Below are positions 29,713 to 39,763 of a stretch of DNA of 64,000 bases, piece by piece (positions within the stretch are counted from its first letter, which is position 1; each line of letters begins with the position of its first letter). This DNA comes from an uncultured Candidatus Saccharibacteria bacterium (GTDB taxonomy: Bacteria; Patescibacteriota; Minisyncoccia; Minisyncoccales; Staskawiczbacteraceae). A program made the translations under genes and the position numbers. The DNA lies in NCBI GenBank assembly GCA_964356545.1, contig CAYHHX010000001.1, positions 1,918 through 65,917 on the forward strand. Reading direction: 5' to 3'. The notes under the pieces are model-generated. The model was not told where the DNA came from and searched no databases. It worked only from the letters and a program-made list of their open reading frames with translations.

Positions 29713-30772
29713 ATACTTTAATTGATGGTATTGGAGAGATAAAATTAGACGCCTGGCTAAAAGAATACGCTCCAACATTGTGAATTATTATTTTATCTCC
29801 AACCACAGGTTTTTGATTGATTATTAAATTTTCAGCGATCTTATCAATTTGCATGCAAGAATTACCAAAAATATTTATCTTTATAATTTCCTCTTTTTTA
29901 TTTTTTTGTTTTGGCATAAATTCAATCCAAAATTTCTTCTCAAAATAACATTGAAAGTGCATAATATTTGTATCTACGACCACATCAAAATAACTATTTG
30001 TATTTTTTCTAATGGAAATTATATTCGCCTCAATATCCATGGTATCTGATACAATATTCCTGCCTGCTTCGCTAATTATTTTAATTTTAGGGAAGATATT
30101 TTTTATTAATAAAGGAAGTTTTTCATAGATATCTTTTTCAAAAATAAATTCATTAGCCGCAGGTAATCCTCCTCCAATATTAACAAAAGTTATTTCGTGT
30201 TTTATTCTATCAAAAGTGCTTTGAATACCATTAAGTAAAAATTCGTAATTAGATAGCTTGAAATTATTAGTTGAAAAATGGAAATGAAGTCCGTCTAATT
30301 TTAAAGTAGTTATTAATAAATTTAACTTTTCTGATAATTTTTCATCGGAAATACTGTATCCGAACCTATTCCATATCTCCGGCTTATTAAAATATAAACG
30401 TAAACCCACCTTTATTTTTGACAAAAACCCTTCTTTTTTTAAAATCTGTAAAGTATCAAAATCGGTATCGTTATCAATATTAAAGTATAAAATTTCTACA
30501 TTATTTAAAATGTCTTTTATGGTCTCGACCGATTTACCAGGACCGTTCAACACTAATTCTTTCGGTTTAATTTTTCGAATTAACTCCCATTCATAACCTG
30601 AAACTATTTCAAACGCGCCACCTGTCTCTTTTACAGTTTCCAAAACTGGTTCCATAAAATTAGTTTTTACCGAATAAAATAATTGAAAATTTAAGCCTTT
30701 TTTTAAAAAGGCGTTTTTTAATTTATTTATATTTTCTTTTCTTTTATTTTTATGGACTATATAGTATGCCAT
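29705..30772 (-). CDS. PLP-dependent fold-III decarboxylase (LysA/ornithine decarboxylase family)
   Basis: YSVKTN (PLP lysine), NGPGK, GLHFH, NIGGG, SEAGR, GNSCMQID, GAYS. Confidence 0.85.
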   Translation of the reverse strand: MAYYIVHKNKRKENINKLKNAFLKKGLNFQLFYSVKTNFMEPVLETVKETGGAFEIVSGYEWELIRKIKPKELVLNGPGKSVETIKDILNNVEILYFNIDNDTDFDTLQILKKEGFLSKIKVGLRLYFNKPEIWNRFGYSISDEKLSEKLNLLITTLKLDGLHFHFSTNNFKLSNYEFLLNGIQSTFDRIKHEITFVNIGGGLPAANEFIFEKDIYEKLPLLIKNIFPKIKIISEAGRNIVSDTMDIEANIISIRKNTNSYFDVVVDTNIMHFQCYFEKKFWIEFMPKQKNKKEEIIKINIFGNSCMQIDKIAENLIINQKPVVGDKIIIHNVGAYSFSQASNFISPIPSIKVYE

Positions 30773-31618
30773 TTAAATCACTTTCTTTTTTAAATAATAA
30801 AAATAATCGTTGTCAGTTTCATAAAATTCCCGATATTGATTGAGAATATTTAAATCAAATTTAACAGTGTGTAAATAGGAAGAATTCTTATTATTGGTTT
30901 TATAAACTAATCCCAATGGCGGAACCACAAAGTAAGAACCACCCATCATTCTATCCGAGTAAAAAGAAGATTTATACTTTCCAACAGAATTTACAAATAA
31001 AAGAGCGCATGCGTTCTCGTAAGCCCTGGCTATACCCAAAGCATCATAATATTTTTTTTCCAAAGAAAAAGAATATTTTGACTGAAGCGCATTTCCCCCT
31101 ATTCCCCAAAAAGAAGGAATTACAATTAAATCCACTTTCTTGGTATATTTCCTGAATATTTCTGGCAATATCAAATCCCAGCAAATAGCCACTCCAACTC
31201 TTACTTTCCCCACATTGAATGTTATTATTTTGTCATCCGATTCACAAATATAATTTTCGTTATAAATTAAAGCCTTTTTGTGATATTCCTTCAGAATTTT
31301 GCCATTTTTAATAACCAAGGAGGTGTTAAAATACTTACCATTCTTTTTCAAAAGTACTGAACCCATCACAAAAGTTAACGAAGGATATAATTTTGAAATA
31401 TCCTTCAATGTATTTTGTACTTCCAAAGAAGAAATCTCTTTTTCATATTCTGGTATAATATCTAATTTAAGAGGACCAGACAAAAAATATTCTGGGAATA
31501 TAAGTAAATCAAGAGATTTTATCTGTTTTTTATTTTTTTCCAGTAATTTCTTAACTTCTTGGATATTTTCTTTAACAGATAAAAATTTTGGCAAGTATTG
31601 AAAAAAACCTATTTTCAT
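30773..31618 (-). CDS. Carbon-nitrogen hydrolase (nitrilase superfamily)
   Basis: Catalytic triad motifs FPEY, YHKK, ICWD; ARAYEN. Confidence 0.88.
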   Translation of the reverse strand: MKIGFFQYLPKFLSVKENIQEVKKLLEKNKKQIKSLDLLIFPEYFLSGPLKLDIIPEYEKEISSLEVQNTLKDISKLYPSLTFVMGSVLLKKNGKYFNTSLVIKNGKILKEYHKKALIYNENYICESDDKIITFNVGKVRVGVAICWDLILPEIFRKYTKKVDLIVIPSFWGIGGNALQSKYSFSLEKKYYDALGIARAYENACALLFVNSVGKYKSSFYSDRMMGGSYFVVPPLGLVYKTNNKNSSYLHTVKFDLNILNQYREFYETDNDYFYYLKKKVI

Positions 31619-31666
31619 AATTTTATAAAATATCCCCTGCTATTTACGGCAAGGGATGGTAACTTT

Positions 31667-32653
31667 TCAGAGTATGTCGTTGAAATAACTGTCTCTGTTC
31701 CAACTCAACATTGGTTTGATCTTTGCTTTATATTCTCGGCACACCGCCAAGAATGGTCTGCGTATACGCCATTTTTCTCCTTCAAAGCGCAATTCCTTTA
31801 TTCTTCTTATCCAGTTGATATTGTGTCCTAATTCCTTAGATACCGTTGTGGGACTTTTTTTCTGCCATCCCAATCTCCTTATTATGGGGTCAATAATATA
31901 ACAAGAAGCACCGTAAAGTTGCTCGTCGCAAATGCCAAGTTCGCTAATCAACGGTTTCCTATCAATTATGCATTGCGGAACTTTTAACATTTCCGCAATT
32001 TTGTAAACTTCGCATTTGTAAAAATCTGCCAATGGAGAGAAGTGACCGGCTGGACCACCAACAGTAAAGGCTCCCAAAATAACCTCCGTACCATTGGTAG
32101 TTCCAGTACATACTGCATTAAGATTATCTGCTATCTGCAGAAGCAGAATTGACCTAATCCTTGGCAGTATTCCACTTAACTCCCATTTCCCGCAATTCGG
32201 GAAAATCCCATACAGCGAGTTTACAGTGGAAGAAATATCTACGTACTGATACTCCATCCCCATTTCTTTCGCAGATTTTACTGCATACAACACGTCTTCG
32301 TATTCCGAGTCAGTCATTTCGCCCTTTTTTCCAAATGATCCCCTCCCCAAAATAATCCCTTTAAAGAAATAACGTGTGTCTTTGAGAGCTTTTTGACACA
32401 GCGATGCCACCGTTATGGAATCAATACCGCCAGAAAGCCCCACTACAATTCCGTCTAATTCTGGCTTTGAATACCCAGAAATATCTTTGAGGCATTTTCT
32501 TATAAATTTCTGTATGCCTTCAACAACTTTAACAGGAATGATAATGTTTTCAGGCTTAATCCTTGCGTCAAAATTAATTTCTCCATCGTTAGCGATGGGA
32601 AACCACATTTTAATTTCAGGATCTACGACTTTTGTGACGATGGCTTTAGCCAT
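31667..32653 (-). CDS. NAD+ synthetase-like (NadE family) ATP pyrophosphatase, divergent
   Basis: VVGLSGGIDS, RIRS, GTTNGTE, PLADFYKCEV, DEQLYG. Confidence 0.75.
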   Translation of the reverse strand: MAKAIVTKVVDPEIKMWFPIANDGEINFDARIKPENIIIPVKVVEGIQKFIRKCLKDISGYSKPELDGIVVGLSGGIDSITVASLCQKALKDTRYFFKGIILGRGSFGKKGEMTDSEYEDVLYAVKSAKEMGMEYQYVDISSTVNSLYGIFPNCGKWELSGILPRIRSILLLQIADNLNAVCTGTTNGTEVILGAFTVGGPAGHFSPLADFYKCEVYKIAEMLKVPQCIIDRKPLISELGICDEQLYGASCYIIDPIIRRLGWQKKSPTTVSKELGHNINWIRRIKELRFEGEKWRIRRPFLAVCREYKAKIKPMLSWNRDSYFNDIL

Positions 32654-32800
32654 GGTTTTCTCCTAAATGTTGAGTGAAAATTTCAAAGTGCTACATAGAA
32701 ATTAACACATTTACTTTAATTTTGCAATGTTTTGAAAAATGTTGAAACTATTTACTTCTCTCTCCTTTGGAATTATAATAAACTTACAAATTAAAATTTT

Positions 32801-33658
32801 ATGGATATCCACGAAGATAAAATTAAAAAACTTGAAGAGATGGCAAATACTATGCGCCAAGACCTTATTGAAATGCTTTTAAAAGCTGGGTCGGGGCATA
32901 CTGCTGGACCTTTGGGAATGGCGGATATATTTTGCGCTTTTTATTTTCATATTTTAAATCACAATCCTAAAAATCCTCTTTGGGAAGAGCGCGACCGATT
33001 GATTTTATCCAATGGTCATATTTGCCCAATTCGCTATGTGGCCATGGCTCATGCAGGTTATTTCCCAGTTGCCGAACTTGCAACCTTAAGAAAATTTGGC
33101 ACCCGATTACAAGGGCATCCAGAACGCGAAAAATTACCGGGTGTGGAAACTACTTCGGGGCCTTTGGGTTCTGGCTTGGGGCAAGCGGCCGGTATTGCGT
33201 ATGCAGGCTTAATGGATAATAAAAAATTTAAGGTATATTGCTTAATGTCTGATGGTGAGCAAAATGCTGGCAATATTTGGGAGTCGGCCATGTTTGCTGG
33301 AAAAAATAAACTACATAATTTAATTGCGGTTATAGACAGAAACAACATCCAAATTACCGGTATGACCGAAGATATTATGCCATTAGAATCACTGCGCGCC
33401 AAATACGAAGCCTTTAACTGGCATGTTCTTGAAGTAAATGGCAATAATATTGGCGAATTTATAAATGCTGTCGAAGAAGCTAAGGCTATATTTGAAAAGC
33501 CAACGATTATTATTGCTCATACAATTCCTGGCAAAGGAATACCTGAAATTGAGTTTGATTTTAATTGGCATGGTAAGACTCCCAATAAAGAAGAAGCCAA
33601 ACGGTTTTTACATCAGTTAAGGACTATCGGCGGTAAAATAATTTCAGAACATGAATAA
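32801..33658 (+). CDS. Transketolase, N-terminal subunit
   Basis: GSGH, RDRLILSNGH, LQGHP, GPLGSGL, SDGE...WE. Confidence 0.92.
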   Translation: MDIHEDKIKKLEEMANTMRQDLIEMLLKAGSGHTAGPLGMADIFCAFYFHILNHNPKNPLWEERDRLILSNGHICPIRYVAMAHAGYFPVAELATLRKFGTRLQGHPEREKLPGVETTSGPLGSGLGQAAGIAYAGLMDNKKFKVYCLMSDGEQNAGNIWESAMFAGKNKLHNLIAVIDRNNIQITGMTEDIMPLESLRAKYEAFNWHVLEVNGNNIGEFINAVEEAKAIFEKPTIIIAHTIPGKGIPEIEFDFNWHGKTPNKEEAKRFLHQLRTIGGKIISEHE

Positions 33659-34634
33659 ATTTTTAGTAAAAAATATATTTGATAAATCTAAATTAGAAAT
33701 GGCGCCGACGCGCGATGGCTACGGTAAAGGCCTTTTAAAAGCCGGTGAAAAAGACCAGCGCGTGGTGGTGCTTTGCGCCGATTTGGCAGAATCTACCCGC
33801 AGTCATTGGTTCAAAGAAAAATATCCAGAAAGGTTTATTGAAGTTGGTGTGGCCGAGCAAAATATGGCCACTATTGCCGCCGGTATGGCTAACTACGGAA
33901 AAATTCCCTTCATTTCTTCGTATGCGGCATTTAGCCCAGGAAGAAATAATGAACAAATAAGAACCACTATTTCTTTAAATAATCTTCCAGTAAAAGTAGC
34001 CGGAGCTCATGCCGGTGTTTCGGTTGGCCCCGATGGCGCCACTCATCAAGCGCTAGAAGATATAGCTCTAATGCGCGTGCAACCTAATATGGTTGTTATT
34101 TCGCCCTGCGACACTATTGAAGCAAAAAAGGCTACAGTTGCAGCCGCTTTTAATGGAAAACCGACATATATTAGATTGGGTAGAGAAAAGTCGCCGGTAT
34201 TTACCACCGAGGCAATGCCGTTTGAGATTGGCAAAGCCCAAATTTTGCGCCAAGGAAAAGATGTAACCATTATTGCCTGTGGACCATTAGTATATGAAGC
34301 GTTACTTGCCGCCGAAAAATTAGAAAAAGAGGGAATCAGTGCCGAAGTAATAAACAATCACACTATAAAACCAATGGACAAAAAAACCATCTTAGCATCG
34401 GTTAAAAAAACCGGCGCCGTGGTAACCATTGAAGAGCATCAAATTATGGGTGGAATGGGTTCAGCTTGCGCCGAAATGTTAGTGCAAAATTTTCCTGTAC
34501 CAATAGAAATGATTGGTATGAAAGACCAGTTTGGTCAATCTGGCACTCCCGACGAATTGCTTAATTTTTTTGGTTTAACTAGTCCATTTATTGTGAAGGC
34601 GGTAAAAAAAGCCCTTCGACGTTGCTCAGGGTAA
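33651..34634 (+). CDS. Transketolase, C-terminal subunit
   Basis: ADLAEST, GVAEQNM, GPDGATHQ, EEHQ. Confidence 0.92.
   Translation: MNKFLVKNIFDKSKLEMAPTRDGYGKGLLKAGEKDQRVVVLCADLAESTRSHWFKEKYPERFIEVGVAEQNMATIAAGMANYGKIPFISSYAAFSPGRNNEQIRTTISLNNLPVKVAGAHAGVSVGPDGATHQALEDIALMRVQPNMVVISPCDTIEAKKATVAAAFNGKPTYIRLGREKSPVFTTEAMPFEIGKAQILRQGKDVTIIACGPLVYEALLAAEKLEKEGISAEVINNHTIKPMDKKTILASVKKTGAVVTIEEHQIMGGMGSACAEMLVQNFPVPIEMIGMKDQFGQSGTPDELLNFFGLTSPFIVKAVKKALRRCSG
34611..34631 (+). repeat. Short CCCTTCGAC..GCTCAGGG mini-repeat forming the transketolase C-terminus
   Basis: GCCCTTCGACGTTGCTCAGGG encodes the atypical ending LRRCSG*. Confidence 0.5.
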
Positions 34635-34658
34635 ATTTAAAAAGAAAAAAATAAATAC

Positions 34659-35666
34659 ATGAAAAAATTTGACGTTATTTCAATCGGTGACACTACTTTG
34701 GATGTTTTTTTGGAGTTGGACGAATCGGACGCCAGTGTCCAGTGTGGCCCAGATGGGGAAGACTGTAAATTATTGCTTTCCTGGCCAGATAAAATTCCGG
34801 TAAAAAAAATAACTAATGTTCCCGCGGTGGGAAATGCCGCTAATGTGGCAGTGGGATGTGCGCGATTGGGGTTAAAATCAGCTCTGTATACCATATTGGG
34901 TAAAGATTCTAGTGGCAAGGAGGCTTTTGAAAAACTGGTATCAGAAAAAGTAGCTAAGGATTATATTGTTTGGGACAAACATCGTGGTACCAATTATTCT
35001 GCAGTTATTAATCTTAAGGGCGAGAGGACTATTTTGGTTTACCACGAACCTCGGGATTATCAATTGCCAAAATTAGGTAAAACCGATTGGGTATATTTAA
35101 CTGCCAGTGGCCAGCCCGATGAAAATCTCCATTTGCAGGTAATTGAGTATGTGAAAAAAAACAACGCTAAGTTGGCTTTTAACCCAGGTGACCAGCAGAT
35201 GAAAAAGGGTCTTGAAGCGTTAAGACCGGTTATTAAAAATTGCACGGTATTTTTTATTAACAAACAAGAAGCTGAAAAATTACTGGGCCAAGACAGTGAT
35301 GAAAAGACACTTTTGCAATTGTTGCATAATGAAGGGCCAAAAATTGTGGTGATTACCGATGGGTCAAAGGGGTCATATAGTTTTGACGGCAATGATTACT
35401 ATTTTCAGGAAATTTTACATGTTCCACTCATAGAAATGACAGGCTGTGGCGATAGTTATGCAACCGGATTTATTTCGGCTTTGCATTTAGGCAAAAGTAT
35501 TCCTGAAGCGATGAAATGGGGAACAACAAATGCCGCCGCCAAATTACAACAAATTGGAGCTCAAGCCGGTCTTTTAACCAGAAAACAATTAGAAGGTTTT
35601 ATTAACGGAACTGTTAAATTTGATTTTATAAAAGACAATTCTGGTTTGAATCCACAAAAAATATAA
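34659..35666 (+). CDS. PfkB family carbohydrate kinase
   Basis: GNAANVAVG, NPG, VITDGSKG, TGCGDSY. Confidence 0.88.
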   Translation: MKKFDVISIGDTTLDVFLELDESDASVQCGPDGEDCKLLLSWPDKIPVKKITNVPAVGNAANVAVGCARLGLKSALYTILGKDSSGKEAFEKLVSEKVAKDYIVWDKHRGTNYSAVINLKGERTILVYHEPRDYQLPKLGKTDWVYLTASGQPDENLHLQVIEYVKKNNAKLAFNPGDQQMKKGLEALRPVIKNCTVFFINKQEAEKLLGQDSDEKTLLQLLHNEGPKIVVITDGSKGSYSFDGNDYYFQEILHVPLIEMTGCGDSYATGFISALHLGKSIPEAMKWGTTNAAAKLQQIGAQAGLLTRKQLEGFINGTVKFDFIKDNSGLNPQKI

Positions 35667-35688
35667 AAATTGCTAAAGCAATATTATA

Positions 35689-36714
35689 ATGAACATTAAA
35701 AAACTTACACAAACTACCAAAGCGCTTTTTGCCAACGACAAAGGCTTACTGGCAATGGATGAAAGTACGGCAACTTGCAATAAGCGTTTTGCAGAACTTG
35801 GCATTCCAGAAACCGAAGAAGCCAGGCTGGCATGGCGTGAATTAATTATCACTACGCCAAATCTTGCTAAATGTATTAGCGGCTTAATTTTGTATGACGA
35901 AACGATTCGCCAGAAAAAAGAAGACGGTACGCTTTTTGTTGATGTTATCAAAGATGCTGGTATTATTCCAGGAATTAAAGTTGACGCTGGCCTAAAAGAT
36001 ATGCCAGGCCACCCTGGGGAAAAAGTCACCGAAGGTTTAAATGGATTAAATGGTAGGTTAGCTGAATACTTTCAAATGGGAGCCCGTTTTGCCAAGTGGC
36101 GCGCGGCATTTACTATTGGCGATGAAATTCCCAGTCAAGACTGTATTGAAGAAAATGCAAAAATACTGGCTGAATATGCTCTAATGTGCCAGGAAGCTGG
36201 AATAGTTCCCATAGTTGAACCAGAAGTTTTAATGGATGGCAGTCATACTATGGAACAATGCAGAGAGATAACAGAAAAAGTTTTGCAAACTGTTTTTAAG
36301 TATTTAGTTATAAAAAAAGTGGCATTGGAAGGCATTGTTTTAAAGCCCAATATGGTGGTTGCCGGATTAGATTGTCCTGTTCAAAAATCAGTAAAAGAAG
36401 TAGCCGATGCTACAGTTGAGCTTCTTATGAAAGTTGTACCGGCCAATGTTGCTGGAATTGCTTTTTTATCAGGTGGACAATCTAGCGAACTTGCTTCAGA
36501 GCGTTTGAGTGTTATGAATGCCAAATTTAAAACGCAGTTGCCTTGGCCGTTGACATTTTCATACTCGCGCGCCATTCAATATCCGGCTTTGGCAATTTGG
36601 CAAGGCAAAGATGCCAATGTGGCGGCTGCGCAAGAATCTTTATATCATCGTGCCAACCTCAACCAAGCCGCTCGCCGCGGCGAATATAAAGTTGAAATGG
36701 AAAAATCATTTTAA
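35689..36714 (+). CDS. Class I fructose-bisphosphate aldolase
   Basis: KGLLAMDES, PGIKVD, FAKWR, VPIVEPEV, LKPNMV, FLSGGQS, FSYSRA. Confidence 0.93.
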   Translation: MNIKKLTQTTKALFANDKGLLAMDESTATCNKRFAELGIPETEEARLAWRELIITTPNLAKCISGLILYDETIRQKKEDGTLFVDVIKDAGIIPGIKVDAGLKDMPGHPGEKVTEGLNGLNGRLAEYFQMGARFAKWRAAFTIGDEIPSQDCIEENAKILAEYALMCQEAGIVPIVEPEVLMDGSHTMEQCREITEKVLQTVFKYLVIKKVALEGIVLKPNMVVAGLDCPVQKSVKEVADATVELLMKVVPANVAGIAFLSGGQSSELASERLSVMNAKFKTQLPWPLTFSYSRAIQYPALAIWQGKDANVAAAQESLYHRANLNQAARRGEYKVEMEKSF

Positions 36715-36718
36715 GTGG

Positions 36719-36739
36719 AAATGGCGACTATCCCCATTC
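36719..36739 (+). repeat. REP-like 21-mer, forward copy
   Basis: AAATGGCGACTATCCCCATTC, 4 nt after the aldolase stop codon. Confidence 0.7.
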
Positions 36740-36921
36740 CTCGTTGAGAGGGAAATCCGTTCCGCTCGGCGCGCCACAGTGCGCCTCGCAGTTTGCCAAA
36801 ACGAGGTTAGTCGTTCGCATTTGTTTATTCTTTGTTTGTTGACAAAAGTAGAAAGCCATGATAATAATAACTATAGCCCATCGCTCATTGAAAATTCAAT
36901 AACCTGAAAAGGAAGTTTCTA

Positions 36922-37341
36922 GTGACAAACGACGAAAAAGCCATGTATACTGGCATGGCCATGTCGCGCAATACAGAGGTTACACTGCGGTGGTCACGGA
37001 GTCAGATGTTTATGATCATCAATTCGGCCATGCTTTCAGTCGTGTTCACGCGGGACGCGAGTTTCTTGTTACTTCTTTTCCTTGGCCTCTTTGGCATAGG
37101 AATAGCACTGGTATGGCTGATGATCAATGAAAAAAGTCAGCAGTGGGTTGAATACTGGCAGACTCGCTTGGCGCAGATTAAGCACGAAGAAGAACCTGCC
37201 ACCGTTAATGTGTTCATTGGTCCAGAATGGGACACCATCAACAAAGGGTGGACGTTTCATAGGCTACTTACGATCCTGCCTAGGGGATTCGCCATAGTCT
37301 GGATCGGCGTGTTTCTTTTTTCTTTCACTCGGCTTTTCTAA
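36922..37341 (+). CDS. Small membrane protein (three hydrophobic segments)
   Basis: GC-richer ORF; promoter TTGACA at 36839, AAGGA upstream, GTG start. Confidence 0.6.
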   Translation: MTNDEKAMYTGMAMSRNTEVTLRWSRSQMFMIINSAMLSVVFTRDASFLLLLFLGLFGIGIALVWLMINEKSQQWVEYWQTRLAQIKHEEEPATVNVFIGPEWDTINKGWTFHRLLTILPRGFAIVWIGVFLFSFTRLF

Positions 37342-37354
37342 AGGATGACCTTCT

Positions 37355-37630
37355 ATGATGAAGAATTTCAGAGAAATGACCTGGAGGCTCGTACTGGGTC
37401 ATCTGTTCTTTTTTTTCCTGGGAGTAATCGCTCTCACCACAGTCGTAGTCGTTGTTGGCTCCGGACGCGAAAAACTAGGTGATGCCATTGGCGTCATCTC
37501 TCTCGGAATGTCTTACATGATTACCTCTATTATTTCTTTTCTCTGGTTCCTGCTTGAGAAGAGAAAGGAAGGAAATAACCCAGATACCTCTCAATATCAA
37601 AAGCAAAAGGAGTTGACCGTTACTCATTGA
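37355..37630 (+). CDS. Small membrane protein (two TM segments)
   Basis: AAGGA upstream; terminator at about 37651-37686. Confidence 0.55.
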   Translation: MMKNFREMTWRLVLGHLFFFFLGVIALTTVVVVVGSGREKLGDAIGVISLGMSYMITSIISFLWFLLEKRKEGNNPDTSQYQKQKELTVTH

Positions 37631-37695
37631 AAACGGTCGTTAAAATCAACAAGCCCCGGTTCTACGGAATCAGGGCTTTTTATTTTCTGCGTGAG

Positions 37696-37716
37696 AAATG
37701 GGGACAGCTACTATCC
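37696..37716 (-). repeat. REP-like 21-mer, reverse copy, with RAYT-upstream tail
   Basis: AAATGGGGACAGCTACTATCC, continuing as CTTTGTGATATGATAT exactly as at 22057-22072. Confidence 0.8.
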
Positions 37717-37818
37717 TTTGTGATATGATATACTAAATAAAGGTAAAGAATATAGTATGTGCGTACATCTTGACACGATTTCATTTTCTGCTATACTTTA
37801 CTTAGGTAAAGTAAACAT

Positions 37819-38139
37819 ATGAAAAGCTGGTATACTAAGACAACTAAAGATCTGTTTGAAGCAATCCTTCAATTAAAGGACGTGGGAGAAACTAAAAGGT
37901 TTTTCCGTGATTTGCTTACTGAAGCGGAAATTATCGAATTTAGCAAACGGTGGCAAACCGCACAAATGCTTAATGAAAATATCTCATATGAAAAGATAGA
38001 AAAAGTTACTGGTTTAAGCTCAAGAACCGTTGCCAGAATTTCCAAATGGCTCAACGAAGGAATGGGCGGTTATAAATTAATGCTCAATAAACTGAACCAT
38101 CATCACAGCTCCATCCAAACAGGAAGGGGATTATCTTGA
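37819..38139 (+). CDS. YerC/YecD family TrpR-like protein with C-terminal His triplet
   Basis: FFRDLLT..EI...RW..A.ML, TGLSSRTVARISKWLNEG.GGY; HHH near the end. Confidence 0.88.
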   Translation: MKSWYTKTTKDLFEAILQLKDVGETKRFFRDLLTEAEIIEFSKRWQTAQMLNENISYEKIEKVTGLSSRTVARISKWLNEGMGGYKLMLNKLNHHHSSIQTGRGLS

Positions 38140-38200
38140 TGTGTAACTAAAATGTAACATAAAGCTAACCTTCTCCTTGTTTGGAGAGGGTTTTTTATTT
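38098..38200 (+). promoter_or_regulatory. Putative His-codon attenuator (antiterminator/terminator)
   Basis: CATCATCAC; TCCAAACAGGAAGGGG (38114-38129) is complementary to the 5' arm and loop of terminator AACCTTCTCC-TTGTTT-GGAGAGGGTT-TTTT. Confidence 0.6.
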
Positions 38201-38244
38201 GCCTGCCCAAAAGGCAAAACAGTTCTTTGAAGGGGGAGAGAATT

Positions 38245-39132
38245 ATGCAAAGACTCATCAGCTACTTTACAGATGGAATCACTTCGCGGACGCTCCAAAC
38301 CATTGGAGCGGAAGTTGAAACCCAGTTTGTGGATAAAAATGGTGTGGCCATCCAAACACAAACGTCTCAGCAAATGCTAGGATACCTTGCCAAAAACGGA
38401 TGGAAGGTGGATTGCCTTAAAGGCAGCCTGATAACCGCCCTTGTTGATCGGGGTGGTAACAAAATATTCTACGAGCTTGGCAGGCACAACATAGAGGTTT
38501 CCACAGCAGCTTCGACATTGGATTGTGTGTTGGGCGTCGCCAAAAAGTGTCTTGCCCAAATTTATCAAGTTGCTTGGATGTTCGGTGTGGAGCCATATTT
38601 CGCACCGATACTCTTCGGCGACGAAGATTTACTGGTTATTCCTGACGAAAGGGACGCAACTTGGTTGGAACTGGATGGACGAAAAGCGCTGGCTCCGCTT
38701 GCGCGCACGTCGTCTGTCCAATTCACATTCTCGGTTGCCATACAAGATGCCGTGAGAATATTGAACGGATTCGGAGAACGGATCGAATCGTTCTTGGCGG
38801 ATTTTCCACAGGACGTTGTCTGGAAACGATACATCTCGGATTCGTTTGCGGGATATCTTCCTGATCGCTATGGCGGCCCGCTGATGTTTGAGTCATTGGA
38901 GGGTTATTGCCGAGCTCTTGTTCGACACGATGTCATTCAAGGATCGCGTTTTGTGACGTTTCCGAACGCAAGTGATTTGGACATCTCTCTCTATCTGCGC
39001 AGTATCTGGTGGCACTTCAGGCTCAAGCGTTACAGCAACGCTTTGTGCATTGAGGCACGGCCCATGGCTCGCAGGGCGGACGAGCAATTCCAGTGCCAGC
39101 TGGATAGAGTATTGGAAATTGTCTGCGCATAA
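38245..39132 (+). CDS. Glutamate--cysteine ligase (GCS2)-like carboxylate-amine ligase
   Basis: IGAEVETQF, YELG..NIEVST, SSVQF, WWHFRLK, IEARP. Confidence 0.65.
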   Translation: MQRLISYFTDGITSRTLQTIGAEVETQFVDKNGVAIQTQTSQQMLGYLAKNGWKVDCLKGSLITALVDRGGNKIFYELGRHNIEVSTAASTLDCVLGVAKKCLAQIYQVAWMFGVEPYFAPILFGDEDLLVIPDERDATWLELDGRKALAPLARTSSVQFTFSVAIQDAVRILNGFGERIESFLADFPQDVVWKRYISDSFAGYLPDRYGGPLMFESLEGYCRALVRHDVIQGSRFVTFPNASDLDISLYLRSIWWHFRLKRYSNALCIEARPMARRADEQFQCQLDRVLEIVCA

Positions 39133-39245
39133 CTCAAAAAACCTTGTGTGGACGGTTGGCTACACAAGGTTTCTTATTTTTTTCCATATTGTATTTTTAA
39201 TATAAAACAAGCAGAATAAAATAATTAATAAGATAAAAATAAAAA

Positions 39246-39701
39246 ATGAAAAACAAAAATTTATACTTTGCATATGGGTCAAATTTGGACGAAAAACAAA
39301 TGAAAGAACGCTGTCCAGGCTCCGAATTATTAGGTGCGGCAGTGTTAAAAAACTACCGCTTAGATTTTACAATATATTCTCCAAGATGGAAGTATGGATG
39401 CGCTGATGTAATTAAGAATGCGGAAAATGAGGTTTGGGGCGTGCTATACACTTTGTCTGAGGAAGACTTGCAAAAATTAGACAAATGTGAAGGAGACCCG
39501 AATTTTTACAGAAGAATACAAGTTGATATTTTAGATAAAATGGGTGAGTTGGTTCAGGCTTACACCTACGAGGTAGTTAACAAATCTCCATTTCAAATGC
39601 CATCTTCCAAATATCTCAATATTATCAAAGAAGCCTCCAGAAAATTTAATTTCCCCCAAAATTATCAGGATTTTTTGAAAAATATTAAGTTTATTCCTTA
39701 A
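39246..39701 (+). CDS. Gamma-glutamylcyclotransferase (AIG2-like)
   Basis: YFAYGSNL, VWGVLY, LDKCEG, PSSKYL. Confidence 0.9.
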   Translation: MKNKNLYFAYGSNLDEKQMKERCPGSELLGAAVLKNYRLDFTIYSPRWKYGCADVIKNAENEVWGVLYTLSEEDLQKLDKCEGDPNFYRRIQVDILDKMGELVQAYTYEVVNKSPFQMPSSKYLNIIKEASRKFNFPQNYQDFLKNIKFIP

Positions 39702-39763
39702 TTTAAAGGGTTTTTTATTGCATTTTCGCTCTAAAAAAGGCATAATAGGATAATAAATCCAAT

